Source: an uncultured bacterium
Lineage (GTDB): Bacteria > Krumholzibacteriota > Krumholzibacteriia > LZORAL124-64-63
DNA length: 64,000 bases
Direction of reading: 5' to 3'
NCBI GenBank assembly: GCA_963727525.1
Contig: CAVSGO010000007.1
Coordinates: 1,824,001 to 1,888,000 of the forward strand
Positions 40,535 through 51,006 of the stretch are shown in pieces (within the stretch, counting starts at the first letter, position 1; each line of letters opens with the position of its first letter). The notes under the pieces were generated by a model. That model was not told the DNA's origin. It ran no database searches and saw nothing but the letters and a program-made list of their open reading frames with translations. A program made the position numbers and the translations under genes.

Positions 40535-41551
40535 TCACTTCACAAGAGTCATCTTCGCAATCTTGCTCTGCCCGTCCGCACGAGCTTCGTAGAAATAGAC
40601 GCCGCTGGCTGCCTGGGCGCCACTGCGATCGCGGCCGTCCCAGCCGAAGTCGTACGCTCCGGCCTCGAGTTTCCCGTCAACGAGCGTTCGCACCAGCTCG
40701 CCCCGCACGCTGTAGACCTTCAGACTGACCGATCAGTATCTGGGCGAAGTTACCAACTCCCGGCGCGACCTGCGGACGCCAGTGGTCGGCGACACCGTCC
40801 TCGAAATCCTCGTTCTCCACCTCCGTACCGCAGACCGTGATCTGCACGTCGTCGAGGTGACAAGCACCATCGGAATCGTACAGGCAATCCTCATCGGACC
40901 AGCCTGAATCCGACACGAACCGCCAGCGCATCCGCAAGGCTCCGCCGAGGTAATTGCCGGGAGATACGGAGAAGTCGGTCTCGACCATTGCCACGCGGGC
41001 ACCGGTGTAGAACCCGATCTGCGACCAGCCGCCACTGTGGTATACCTCGGCGTAGACAAATTCGTAAAGGTCTTCACAGTTCGTGCGCAGAACCGCGCTG
41101 AGATGGCAGTTGTAAGATTGGGCCGGATTGGGCACCATATAGCCATAGAGTAGCCATTCGAACCAGCTGTTCCCATAGCCGAATCCGCAATCCGTGTCGA
41201 AATCAGCGCCGCAGACCATCGACCGGGCACCTGCGAGCGGCGCATGTGTGCTGACGAACCAGTGGGGATCGCCGTAGTAGGTATGGTCGACCGACCTCCA
41301 GCCATTCCAGTCGGGTTCGCCCGTGGCGTTCTCGAACGTGCCGTCGCGCGAGTCGTGTCCACCGATCAGATACACGGTATCGACGACCGCCTTGCCGGTC
41401 GCGACAGGCGCTCCCATGTGAAGAGAATTCACGTGAATGATGTTGTTACCAGTCGATCGTTGAAGCTCGCCGGGCCGCACGGAGCCCTGAGCCAGGCTTG
41501 CCTGCAAATAGGCAAACAAGGCGCTTGCCCCACCCTCGTCGTTCGGTTCAT
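40535..41551 (-). pseudogene. Internally deleted, frameshifted paralog of the 37067-40120 gene
   Basis: DTVYLIGGHDSRDGTFENATGEPDWNGW aligns by eye with DTLVLLGGPDRWDGRFETPAGGPDWQGW. After GVGNFAQIL (~40735) the sequence jumps out of frame to the tail VSLKVYSVRGELVRTL...KMTLVK-stop (40535). Confidence 0.8.
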
Positions 41552-41658
41552 GATGGACCTCCCGGGACGCAAGGTGGGGCGCGCGTCCCATGATACGGAT
41601 AGGTGACGATAATGTTTGAAAGGGATATCGAGCAATAGCTGACGCCGAGATGGCGGGA

Positions 41659-42540
41659 TCAGCGGAGAGGGAGCGAACGCAACGGCAACTCTCCCTTCCT
41701 CAGTAGCGTATGCACGTGATCGCCGAGCGTGGTGAAACGGCCACGGCGCAGAAGATTCTCGAGCTTGCGGATCATACCGGTCTGTCCGCCCTGGCTCCGT
41801 AGCTTCGACAGGCGCGACTGGCCAACCTCCGGCCGGAAGTCATCGATCTCCCAGGGGTGCAGATAGATCACGCAGGGCTGGTCCTGTGCGGCTGCGAACG
41901 CGCGCAACGTCCGGTAGGCCGGCGCGGGGAGCAGGCGCATGTAGCCGCCACCCGAGAACGGCACGTTGACACCCAGACAGCGCCAGGTGGGCATGGGCAT
42001 GACGACGAAGGAGGTCGCCGCCCCGTCGGGCATGGCCAGGCGAAACGGCCGTCGCGGCGCGCCGGGCTGCCCGTAGCGAGGATGCCGCACCGGATAGATC
42101 GAGCAATCGTAGTGCAGGCCGCGCTCACGCAGGATGTGCAGGTAGTCGTGGACCCGCGGGGTGATCGTGAAGCTCGGGGCACGATATCCGGTCACCTCCA
42201 CCCCGCAGCGCTGCAACGCCTCGAGAGCGCGATCGAGATCGGCGATGAACTCGTCACGGCTCAGCCTGTAGACCACGGGATGCGCATAGCTATGGCACCC
42301 GATCTCGTGCCCCGCGGCCGCCAGACGCCGGACGAGGTCGGGATGGCGCTGCGCCGTCCAGCCGAGCACGAAGCAGGTGGCCCGCACGCCGTGGACGTCG
42401 AGCAGGGTCAGCAGGCGATCGATGTTGGCCTCGACACGTTGCTCCTGCATCTCCCACTGCGCCGGCGGTACGGTTTCGAGATAATTGTGACCGTGGAACC
42501 ACTCCTCCACGTCGATCGTCAGGATGTCGACCGCCGTCAT
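41659..42540 (-). CDS. Polysaccharide deacetylase family protein (DUF3473-type)
   Basis: TIDVEEWF, GHEIGCHSYAH, GYRAPSF, GGGYMR and YLHPWEID. Confidence 0.9.
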   Translation of the reverse strand: MTAVDILTIDVEEWFHGHNYLETVPPAQWEMQEQRVEANIDRLLTLLDVHGVRATCFVLGWTAQRHPDLVRRLAAAGHEIGCHSYAHPVVYRLSRDEFIADLDRALEALQRCGVEVTGYRAPSFTITPRVHDYLHILRERGLHYDCSIYPVRHPRYGQPGAPRRPFRLAMPDGAATSFVVMPMPTWRCLGVNVPFSGGGYMRLLPAPAYRTLRAFAAAQDQPCVIYLHPWEIDDFRPEVGQSRLSKLRSQGGQTGMIRKLENLLRRGRFTTLGDHVHTLLRKGELPLRSLPLR

Positions 42541-43199
42541 CGCCCATTCCCTTCCCGCGGGATCGCCACACAGGCGAACTGCAGATAACGCATGTCCGCG
42601 AAGCGCCCCAGGGATAGCAGATTTGTCAGACGGAAGCGCCAGCTTCCAGTGGCGTTGATACCGTCCTGGCGGACGACGTCGTAACCCGCCGTCGCGAACA
42701 ACTCGCGCATGCTGCACCGCGTATAGAACCGCAGATGGGTGCGATCGCGGATACCCTCGTCGCCGTAGCTCCAGTCGCCGTGTACGACCAGGTCCCACAC
42801 ATTGAAGAAGTGGCGCACATTGGGAATGCTCGCCACAACCACACCGCCCGGACGCAGGACGCGCCGCAGATCGCGGAGCACCGCGTCCGGCCAGGCGAGA
42901 TGCTCGAGGATATCGTTGCAGACGACGCAATCGAAGTGGGCCGCCGGCAGTGTCGCCACCGCATCCTCCACGCGACCCGTGATGACGCGATGGAGGCGCG
43001 TCGCAGCGGTGGCGGCCGCGTCGGCGGCGAGTTCGATGCCCCAGATCTCGAGCTCGGTACCGCTCCCGGCCCGGACCTCGCGCAGCCCGGCCGCGAACGC
43101 GCCGGTGCCACAGCCCACGTCGAGGATACGTCGGGCGGAATCCGGGATGTATGCCCGCATCTGCGGACGATCATGCGTAAAGTAGCTCTGCGCAGGCAT
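42537..43199 (-). CDS. Class I SAM-dependent methyltransferase
   Basis: ILDVGCGTG, NDILEH, SIPNVRH and DRTHLRFYT. Confidence 0.9.
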   Translation of the reverse strand: MPAQSYFTHDRPQMRAYIPDSARRILDVGCGTGAFAAGLREVRAGSGTELEIWGIELAADAAATAATRLHRVITGRVEDAVATLPAAHFDCVVCNDILEHLAWPDAVLRDLRRVLRPGGVVVASIPNVRHFFNVWDLVVHGDWSYGDEGIRDRTHLRFYTRCSMRELFATAGYDVVRQDGINATGSWRFRLTNLLSLGRFADMRYLQFACVAIPREGNGR

Positions 43200-43277
43200 G
43201 GTACCTCCGGGCCGGCTTGCGGCCACGGCCAGATCGCCCGGCAGGGTAACACGGAAGCGACGCGGGCGCACCCGCGA

Positions 43278-45389
43278 TCAGGACGGAGACGGGGGCCCCG
43301 AGAACCCGTCGGGCCGGTGTTCGGCGAGCAGGCGATCGAGGTCGTCCTGGTGACCCACGATGATGAGCCGGTCGCCGGGCTGGACCTGCGTATCCGGCTG
43401 GGGCAACTGATTCGCACTGCCGCCGATCAGACGGTGCTTCTTGATCGCGAGCACCGAGACATTGAACTGCTGCCGGAGTGCCAGCTCGCGCAGCGTCTTG
43501 CCCAGGAAGTGGGCCGGCGGCACCAGCACCTGCACCTTGTAGGCCTCGGGCAGGTCGACGCAGTCGTGCATGCGCGCCTCTCCCGTCACCAGCTTGATGC
43601 CCTTGTCCTCCTGATGCAGGACTTCGCGGTTGTACACCTCGAAGATCGCCTTGCGCGCGATCAGACCCACGAGCACCGGGCGTGCCCGTGAGAAGAGCAC
43701 CGGCAGGTCGACACTGTCCTCCTGCCCGAGCAGAAGGAGGCAGTCTTCCAGGTTGTCGGTGCGGTAGACGATGTCACCGACGGGCGAGAGGATATCGTCG
43801 GCGATAAGCACCTTGCCCAGGCTCTCCTCGTGCAGGATGTCCTTGACATCGTGGATCGAGATCTTGCCGATGAGGCGCCTCTCGCCGTCGACGACGAAGA
43901 AATGCTCCTCGTTGTGCGTGAGGAAGAGCTGGAGGATGCGATCGAAGCCCCACGTCTTCTCGATCGCGAGGGGGTTCACTTCCATGATGTCGTTCACGTG
44001 GTAGCTGCGCAGGATGGCGCTCTCGCGGCCGAATTCCAGCTTCTTGCCGGCCATCGTGAACTTCAGCGTGAAGATGTTGTCGTCCATCACGGCGCGATAC
44101 ATCAGCGTGGCCGTGATGCTGGCGAGCATGAGCGGCAAGATCACGCGGTACTCGCCGGTCATCTCGAAGAGGATGAGAATGCCCGTGAGCGGTCCGCCGG
44201 TTGCCGCTCCCACCATGGCGGACATGCCGACCATGGCGTAGGCGCCGCCTGGAATGTTCAGACCCGGCCACAGCAGGGCGAACATGCCGCCGCATACGCC
44301 CCCCGTCATGCCGCCCAGAAAGAGCGCGGGCGCGAAGATCCCGCCCGAGAAGCCCGATCCCAGGGTGAGGTCCACCGCCAGGAGTTTCACGATGACGAGC
44401 AGGGCCATGAGCACGAGGTCCATGCGCCCATCGAGGGCCTGAACCATGGAACTGTAGCCCACGCCATAGACCTGCGGAAACCAGATGAACAGCACGCCCA
44501 GCGGTACCGCGCCCAGCACCGGCTTGAGCCAGGGCGGGAACCGCAGGTTCTCGAACCAGTGCTCGAGGGCGTAGAGCGTGCGCACATAGGCCACGGCCAC
44601 GAGGCCCACGACCAGCCCCATCAGCAGGTACAGCAACAACTCCACGTGGCTGTGCATCTCGAAACCGGGCACGGGAAACGCCGGGGTGTCACCGAGGTAG
44701 TGGCGGCTGACGGCCGTGGCGCAGACGCTGGCCACGATGATCGGACTGAACGTGACGATGGCGAAATCGCGCAGGATGATCTCCAGCGCGAAGAAGGCGC
44801 CCGCGATGGGGGCGTTGAACGTGGCGGCGATGCCCGCGGCCGCCCCGCAGCCGATCATCACCCGCAGACGTTGCGGCGAGAAATGGAAGGCCTGCCCCAG
44901 GGTGGACGCCATCGCGGCGCCGATCTGCACGATCGGGCCCTCGCGCCCGACGGAGCCGCCGAATCCGATGGTGATGGCGCTGGCCGTGATCTTCACGGCC
45001 GCCACGATCGGGCGGATGATCCCGTTCTCGAAGAGGATCGCGTTGAGCACCTCGGGCACACCATGGCCCTTGGCCTCGCGGGCCAGGAAATGGACCATGG
45101 GGCCCACGATGATCGCACCGATGATCGGCAACAGGATCTTGTGCCACCAGTGCAGCGGAGCCAGGAGCAGGGCCGTGTCGTCGCCATGGCCGATCGCGAA
45201 GCCCTGGAAAAACGTCACCATCCGGCGGAAGAGGATCGCGCCGAAGCCCCCGGCCAGGCCCACCAGGATGGCCATGACCACGAGGAGGGACGTCTCGTCG
45301 AAAGACAGACGGGTGAGCAGCCGATGCCCCGCGCCTTGCAGGAAAGACTGCCAGCGCGACATCCGGGGCTGTTGTTCGTCGCTGCTCAT
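43278..45389 (-). CDS. ClC chloride channel protein with CBS pair and TrkA-C (RCK-C) domain
   Basis: GHGVPE, GREGP, FNAP, GGIFAP and EMTG; C-terminal GKTLRELALRQQFNVSVLAI...PGDRL. Confidence 0.93.
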   Translation of the reverse strand: MSSDEQQPRMSRWQSFLQGAGHRLLTRLSFDETSLLVVMAILVGLAGGFGAILFRRMVTFFQGFAIGHGDDTALLLAPLHWWHKILLPIIGAIIVGPMVHFLAREAKGHGVPEVLNAILFENGIIRPIVAAVKITASAITIGFGGSVGREGPIVQIGAAMASTLGQAFHFSPQRLRVMIGCGAAAGIAATFNAPIAGAFFALEIILRDFAIVTFSPIIVASVCATAVSRHYLGDTPAFPVPGFEMHSHVELLLYLLMGLVVGLVAVAYVRTLYALEHWFENLRFPPWLKPVLGAVPLGVLFIWFPQVYGVGYSSMVQALDGRMDLVLMALLVIVKLLAVDLTLGSGFSGGIFAPALFLGGMTGGVCGGMFALLWPGLNIPGGAYAMVGMSAMVGAATGGPLTGILILFEMTGEYRVILPLMLASITATLMYRAVMDDNIFTLKFTMAGKKLEFGRESAILRSYHVNDIMEVNPLAIEKTWGFDRILQLFLTHNEEHFFVVDGERRLIGKISIHDVKDILHEESLGKVLIADDILSPVGDIVYRTDNLEDCLLLLGQEDSVDLPVLFSRARPVLVGLIARKAIFEVYNREVLHQEDKGIKLVTGEARMHDCVDLPEAYKVQVLVPPAHFLGKTLRELALRQQFNVSVLAIKKHRLIGGSANQLPQPDTQVQPGDRLIIVGHQDDLDRLLAEHRPDGFSGPPSPS

Positions 45390-45614
45390 CGAGGCGATCT
45401 CCGGGGGAAACGCTTGCTACGGGGCGGAACCGGCCGTCGGGCCCCGCCTAAACTGGTCGCTCGCGCCGCTCGCGTCAATCCGCGTCCCGTTTTCCGGGCA
45501 CCGGGCCGAAGGTGGGGATCGCGTGCCGGCAGGGGCGGGTGGCAGCCCACCGTGATGAGGGCATCTCCGGTCGGACACCCCCAAGACGGCGGCATTCGGC
45601 GAGCAGCGCCGACT

Positions 45615-45646
45615 GACGAGGGCCGATCTTGCGATCGGCCCTCGTC
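45615..45646 (-). terminator. Terminator-like hairpin after cupin gene
   Basis: GACGAGGGCCGATC-TTGC-GATCGGCCCTCGTC, a perfect 14-bp stem. Confidence 0.7.
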
Positions 45647-45661
45647 CCGGTGCATCTCGTG

Positions 45662-46024
45662 TCAGGCCCGTACGACGGGATAGCGGTCGGGGGCGTCGGA
45701 TATGTCGATCAGGACCGTACGTTTGCTGAAACTGGTCCGGTGCTTCACGCCCTGGGGCACGTGATAATGGTCGCCCGGTTGATAGAGATTCGTCTCGCCA
45801 TCGATCTCCATGACCATTTCTCCCGACACCACGGTGCCGCTCTGTTCACAATGGGAGTGGTCGGGGAACGAGACACCCTCCTCGAAGACGAAAAAAACGA
45901 CCTGCTTCTGGTCGTCGTTCAGGCAGAAGCCGGTCGCACCCGCGATCGGGACCTCCACCTTGGGCAGGGCGAGAACCTCTTGCGGGAGAAGTCCTTCGAA
46001 TTCGTTGGTCTTCGTGACAGCCAT
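45662..46024 (-). CDS. Cupin domain protein
   Basis: PDHSH...VVSG...PGDHYHVPQGVKH. Confidence 0.85.
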   Translation of the reverse strand: MAVTKTNEFEGLLPQEVLALPKVEVPIAGATGFCLNDDQKQVVFFVFEEGVSFPDHSHCEQSGTVVSGEMVMEIDGETNLYQPGDHYHVPQGVKHRTSFSKRTVLIDISDAPDRYPVVRA

Positions 46025-46112
46025 AAGCGCCCTCCTAGCGATATGAGAGAGGCGTTCGGATCGCACCGGGGTGCTGAACGTCATTTTAACATGGCGGTTC
46101 CCGCGCGCAAGG

Positions 46113-47024
46113 TCAGGCCACGAGCGAGAACTCGGCCAGGACCGGAAAATGATCCGACGGCCACGGCGCGCCGCGCCCCAGCACGTGGTCGAAAGTGTGC
46201 CGCTGGACGCTGCGGACACTGAGCCGGCCCCGGAAGAACACGTAGTCGATCCTCCGTGGTCCCAGCAAGCGGGTCAGGAGCCGGTCGCGCCAGCCGAGAC
46301 CCTGGAACGTGGCACCGTCGTCCTGGCTTTCCGGCCCGCAATGGGCCCAGGCATCGCAGAGGCCCGCCGTACCGGCCGCCGCATCGCTGAGAGCCCGGAT
46401 CTCGGCCGAGCGCGCGCCGGCGTTGAAATCGCCTGTCAGAAACACGGGCACATCGTCCCCGAGCGTGCGCACGGTACGGGCGACGTGGGCGCGCAGCAGT
46501 CGCACGCTGCGCCGGCGGTGGTCGGCCAGCAAGGCCTCGAGGTGCGTCGTGCCGAAAACGAGGGTCCGGCCCGTGGCCCGGTGCTCGAAGGTGCTCCAGG
46601 TCACGAGGCGCGGACGCGTGCCCAGCGTGAACTGCGATGCCGGAATCTCGGGACGCGGGGAGAGCCAGAACACGTCGTCGGCCCCGGGCACGTGGGCCAC
46701 GCGATCGCGACGGTAAAACGTGGCGCAGTACCAGTTCCGCTGGTCGTGAACGAGATCGGGACCCAGATTGCCATGGGCGATGCAACCGTAATCGGGCAGG
46801 AGCGCGATCAGTTCGTCGAGCTGGTCTCGATTGGCCTCCTGAGTACCGACGATATCGGGCTCGAGGATCTCGAAGAGCCGCGCGATGCCGGGCCGGCGCA
46901 GATGCCAGGGGCAGGTGCGACGCAACTTGCCGGCGGATAGCAGATTGAAGGTCATCACGCGAAGATGCGGGCTGGACAACGCGCTGCTCCCCGTTCGACA
47001 ATCGAGGTTCCGATGCGATATCAT
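46113..47024 (-). CDS. Endonuclease/exonuclease/phosphatase family protein
   Basis: VMTFNL, GTQE, TTHL, TGDFN, IDYVF and PSDHFPV. Start uncertain. Confidence 0.88.
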   Translation of the reverse strand: MISHRNLDCRTGSSALSSPHLRVMTFNLLSAGKLRRTCPWHLRRPGIARLFEILEPDIVGTQEANRDQLDELIALLPDYGCIAHGNLGPDLVHDQRNWYCATFYRRDRVAHVPGADDVFWLSPRPEIPASQFTLGTRPRLVTWSTFEHRATGRTLVFGTTHLEALLADHRRRSVRLLRAHVARTVRTLGDDVPVFLTGDFNAGARSAEIRALSDAAAGTAGLCDAWAHCGPESQDDGATFQGLGWRDRLLTRLLGPRRIDYVFFRGRLSVRSVQRHTFDHVLGRGAPWPSDHFPVLAEFSLVA

Positions 47025-47106
47025 CGGGCATCTTGCGACCCCTGCGACCACGTCGGACGCGGTCAGCAAGAGATGAGCCAAGAGCGCGCTTGCCGGACAG
47101 GACGCG

Positions 47107-47658
47107 TCAGAAGAGGTCGAGCTGCGGGGCGTGAGGCGGCAGATCGAGCCGGTCGAGAATGAGCGGCAACCAGCGGCTGCGATCACCGGACGGCAGGGCC
47201 AGGTGAGGAACGGTAAACTCCGCCAGCAACGTGTCGATCTGATGATCGATCGCGAGCTGCCAGGCCACGGAGACATCGCGAGTGCCGTCGAAACGCGGCG
47301 GCGCGACGATGGGCACCTTGACCATGAGCGTGTAGGTGTCCACCCAGTGACGCAGGAATGGCTCGAGATCGGGGCGACGTCCGGCCGCGTGCACGAGGTA
47401 GGCGTAGTTGTCGATGACGGCGCGATCGCAGACGATGGCGTCGTACTGGCTGCCCAGCGCGATCTCCTCGGCGATCTGGGTGTGCAGGATCCATTCCTGC
47501 GCCGCCGCCGTGGTATCGCGATTGATGGGCAAAGGACAACGCCGCGCGACCTCCTTGACGAGGTCGACGCTCAGATCGAGGCGCTTGAGCGTCGCCGCGA
47601 GATCGTAGCACAGAGTCGTCTTGCCGACGCCGTGAGTACCGATAAAGGCGATCTTCAT
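47107..47658 (-). CDS. AAA_28/NadR-like P-loop NTPase
   Basis: GTHGVGKTT, EVAR, CDRAVIDNYAY and DGTRD. Confidence 0.8.
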   Translation of the reverse strand: MKIAFIGTHGVGKTTLCYDLAATLKRLDLSVDLVKEVARRCPLPINRDTTAAAQEWILHTQIAEEIALGSQYDAIVCDRAVIDNYAYLVHAAGRRPDLEPFLRHWVDTYTLMVKVPIVAPPRFDGTRDVSVAWQLAIDHQIDTLLAEFTVPHLALPSGDRSRWLPLILDRLDLPPHAPQLDLF

Positions 47659-47756
47659 GGTGCCCCACGGTAATGCAGGCGCCCCGGTAAGTCCAGGTGG
47701 ACGCGACGTTCGCAACGGCCCGGGAGGTTCAGGTGGCGAGGGAACAGGACAGGCCC

Positions 47757-48416
47757 ATGAGCTGGCTCCAGATCGATGGCGGCCCGCGGCCCAGCCTGGT
47801 CATCCAGATCGGCGCCGGTGTGACCGTACTGGCCGCGCTATCTCGCGCCGTGTTCGTGGCCCTGGGGCTTGCCGCCTCCACGCACACGCTGGTCGCGTGG
47901 TGGCTCTGGGACCTCGCCCTCGCGTTGACGGGCGCCGGGCTGGCGATGACGGCGATACGCCCGTGGATGACCCGCTTCGGACTCGTCCCCGCTGGCTTCC
48001 ACCTGGCCCAGGCCACGGTGCTCGCGGTGGTTCTGATCGGTTCGGGCGTCGTGGCGCCGGCTTACCACGTGCTCTCCACCCCGAAGTACTTGAGCCTCTT
48101 CCTGTTCACGTTCACCGAGAGCCGTAACCTCCGCTTGCCACGACGGTTGCCACTCGCCGCGATCTCGCTGGTGGGGGCGGCGAAAACGCTGATCACGGGA
48201 CGCGTCGCTATGACGCCCGTGACCGGTACTCTTGCCGACACCCTGGTCCTGGTGCTGCTCGGCTGGGCGCTGTTCGTGGTGGCCGGTACCCTCCGGCGAC
48301 ACGAGAACGCCTGGCTCGAGCGCCAGATCAAGGCGCGGACCGCCGAGCTCGCCGACTTCAACAACCCGGTCGCGGTCGCGTCCCGGGCGGGGATCAGGCC
48401 GGCGAGCCGTCGTTGA
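47757..48416 (+). pseudogene. Multi-TM membrane sensor domain, probably a truncated histidine kinase
   Basis: About 6 TM segments, then the coiled-coil LERQIKARTAEL typical of kinase linkers. The ORF ends without an output domain and overlaps the lemA end. Confidence 0.5.
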
Positions 48417-48966
48417 AGGACACCTCGACGACCCGGCGAACCACCGCGCTTTCCACCTCGAAGTACTCGGCCGGCGCGAAGTGGAACCAGCGTCCGACGA
48501 GATTCGCCGGAAAGACCTGGAGCCTAGTGTTCAACTCGCGGACATTGGCGTTGTAGAGACGTCGCGACGCCTGGATGCGGTCTTCCGTATCCACGAGTTC
48601 GCGCTGCAGGGCGAGGAAGTGTTCACTTGCCTTGAGTTCAGGATACTGCTCCGCCACGGCGAGCAGCCGCTGCGTCCCCTCGACCAGCGGTCTTTCATGG
48701 GCCGCCTTCTGCGCCGCCGACCCCGACGCCTCGACAGCGCGGGCACGCGCGTCCGCGACTTCCGCGAAGAGCGACTGCTCATGTCCGGCATAGCCCTTCA
48801 CCGTGGCCACGAGGGCCGGCACGAGATCGTGGCGACGTTTGAGCTCGGTATCGATGGTGGCCCAGCTCTCGCGGCAGTACTGCCGCAGGCGCACGAGACC
48901 GTTGTAGGTGAGGAAGAGCCACACGCCGATGATCACGACGACGAAGATCACCACCTGCACAGTCAT
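48394..48966 (-). CDS. lemA: LemA family protein
   Basis: YNGLVRLR, LKRRHDLVP, AEQYPELKAS, EDRIQASRRLYN and FPANLV. Confidence 0.93.
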   Translation of the reverse strand: MTVQVVIFVVVIIGVWLFLTYNGLVRLRQYCRESWATIDTELKRRHDLVPALVATVKGYAGHEQSLFAEVADARARAVEASGSAAQKAAHERPLVEGTQRLLAVAEQYPELKASEHFLALQRELVDTEDRIQASRRLYNANVRELNTRLQVFPANLVGRWFHFAPAEYFEVESAVVRRVVEVSFNDGSPA

Positions 48967-49654
48967 CACGCCTCCCGGTCGGGCGTAACCCGACCCTGGC
49001 CGAGCATATCCCGCCGCACCCGGTCGGGAATACGCTCGAGAAACCCCATCGCCAGCGCGAGCGACCTCGCGATCGCCGCCGGGGACAGACGACCCGGCGC
49101 CACCACGAGGCAGTTCCCCCCCCCAGTTCCAGCGGATAATCCGCATGTTCGAGCAGGAACTCCATCATGCGCGGATGAATCACGTCGTAGGCCCAGCGTC
49201 GATCGGCCGACGTGACGTGGAAGCGATTGCTGAACGCGGCCGACTCGAAATCGATGTCGTTGAAGCCCAGCGCCTCGCCCACGCGATCGAGCACGTGCTC
49301 CTGCCGGATGTGCAGGGGGATGAGCGGAAAATCGGCGCGGACGAGCACCACGGTCAGATCCCTGTCCGCATCGTCGTTGTTGCGGGCCGTCTGGCGCAGG
49401 TCGTAGACCCAGACCTCGCGGCCCTCGAGGGTGCCGTGGCTGATGTTGCGGGCCACCTGTTGCGATCCGCGCGTCAGCGTCGAGAACTCGGCGAATTGCC
49501 GGATGAGCTTGCGGTCGGGGCCGACCTGGAAGTCCAGGCCGCGTTGCCGCGCCCAGATTGCAAGGTCCCGCGAGCGCGCCGCCGCGCGCCGCGCGTTCAC
49601 GACGATTGCGGCCACCACGACGATGATCCCGAGAATGAACCAGCCCAGCCGCAT
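48966..49654 (-). pseudogene. LemA-associated membrane-anchored protein (DUF3137-like), frameshifted at a G9 run
   Basis: MRLGWFILG...DIDFESAAFSNRF...HPRMMEFLL continues in another frame (NCLVVAPGRL...FLERIP) after the run at 49116-49124. Confidence 0.7.
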
Positions 49655-49883
49655 GCATCGCCTCCCGTCCGGCGAGATTACGGGCCCGGGGCTCTGGTAG
49701 CAACACCAATGCCAGATGCCGGCTGCGGCCATGCCCCCCCCATGGCTCCCCGTCGAATACCGTCGTGTCACAACGCTTACGATGGCCTTCAAGGTACGCA
49801 GCAATGCACCGAATGGGTTGATGCGTATTCAGCGCCCGTCCCCTGACGGGTGGCCGGTCCGGAAACCTCTCGCGGCGGAGCGT

Positions 49884-50993
49884 GTGCTCACGATTAGCGA
49901 CAACGACGCCTTCTGCATAGACGGCGGAATCGTACAGCTCGTGCTCAGCGGCAACCGGGTGCGGTTCCGGATCAACCAGGCGAACGCCCAGGCCCATGGG
50001 CTCAAGCTGAGTTCCCAGTTGCTCAAGATGGCGGAGATCGTGGGACCCGCGCCGGGCGAGGACGTGCGCCGGTGAGCTTCGGCAAGCGTATCCGAGTCGT
50101 CGATGACAACATCGCGAATATCCTGCTGATGGAGAACGCAGTCTCTGCCAAACACGAGGTGGTGGAGGCCAACGGCGAACTCGATGACCGCCTGGAGGGC
50201 TACGCTGCGGGCGCGGGCGAATACATCGTCAAGCCCTTCGAACCGAGCGAACTGCAAGCCAAGGCCGAGGTATTGCTCCGCCTCAAGTCGGTGGAAGAGC
50301 TCGACGCCCTCAAGATGGACGTGATCCGCCTTCTCACGCACGAGACGCGCACGCCGCTGAACGGTATCCTCGGCTGCCTCGACGTGATCGAGACCACCAC
50401 GTCCGAGTCGCTTGACGAGATCCCCGAGTACGTGGAGATGGCGTGATCGGCTTGCAACCGGCTCCGGCGGCTGGTCGACCGCAGTCTGCTGCTCTGCGAA
50501 GTGCGTTCGAGTCTGGAACCAGTCCAACGAGCTGGAGATGCTGGCGCGCACCGTCGGGGTGAACTGCGGCTCGGCCATGATCTTCGACGACGAAGCCTTC
50601 GCTCGGTCGACGCTCGCGTCGCTCGCCGCGGTGCCCCATGTGCGCAGCGCCACCCTGTATCGCAAGGACGGGTCGTCCTTCGCCGCCTACCTGCGGCCCC
50701 GCGTGGCGGCGGACGACCAGGACCACTCCAGGACCTGGGTCTCGCTGCTCCTGCGCGACGCCACCGCAGCCGGTGACGCCGTCGCCTTCGCGGCGCACAG
50801 CGTCAAGTCGGACAGCGCGAACCTGGGCGCGACCGATCTCGCCGCGTCCTTGCAAGCCCTCGAGACCGCCACCAAAGCCGGCGACCTCGGCCGGGCGGAC
50901 ACCATGGTCGGCACGATCGCTGCGATGCACGCGACCGTGCGAGAGTACCTGGCAGGACAGCCGGAAGCGCCAGTTGCGGCACCGACGAGCTGA
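49884..50993 (+). pseudogene. Collapsed signalling locus: YfiR C-terminus, receiver + HisKA fragment, CHASE8-like fragment, Hpt fragment
   Basis: VLTISD...VRFRIN...LKLSSQLLKMA (YfiR); VVDDN...YIVKPF...HETRTPLNGI; SAMIFDD...ATLYRKDG; AHSVKSDSANLGA (Hpt). Confidence 0.7.
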
Positions 50994-51006
50994 GCGGCAT
51001 CGACAC

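Noticed and set aside
45390-45610. Fluoride riboswitch or fluoride-specific ClC
   Set aside because: No crcB-motif consensus recognised, and the protein has GREGP rather than the fluoride-type GREGT/GNNLI signatures.
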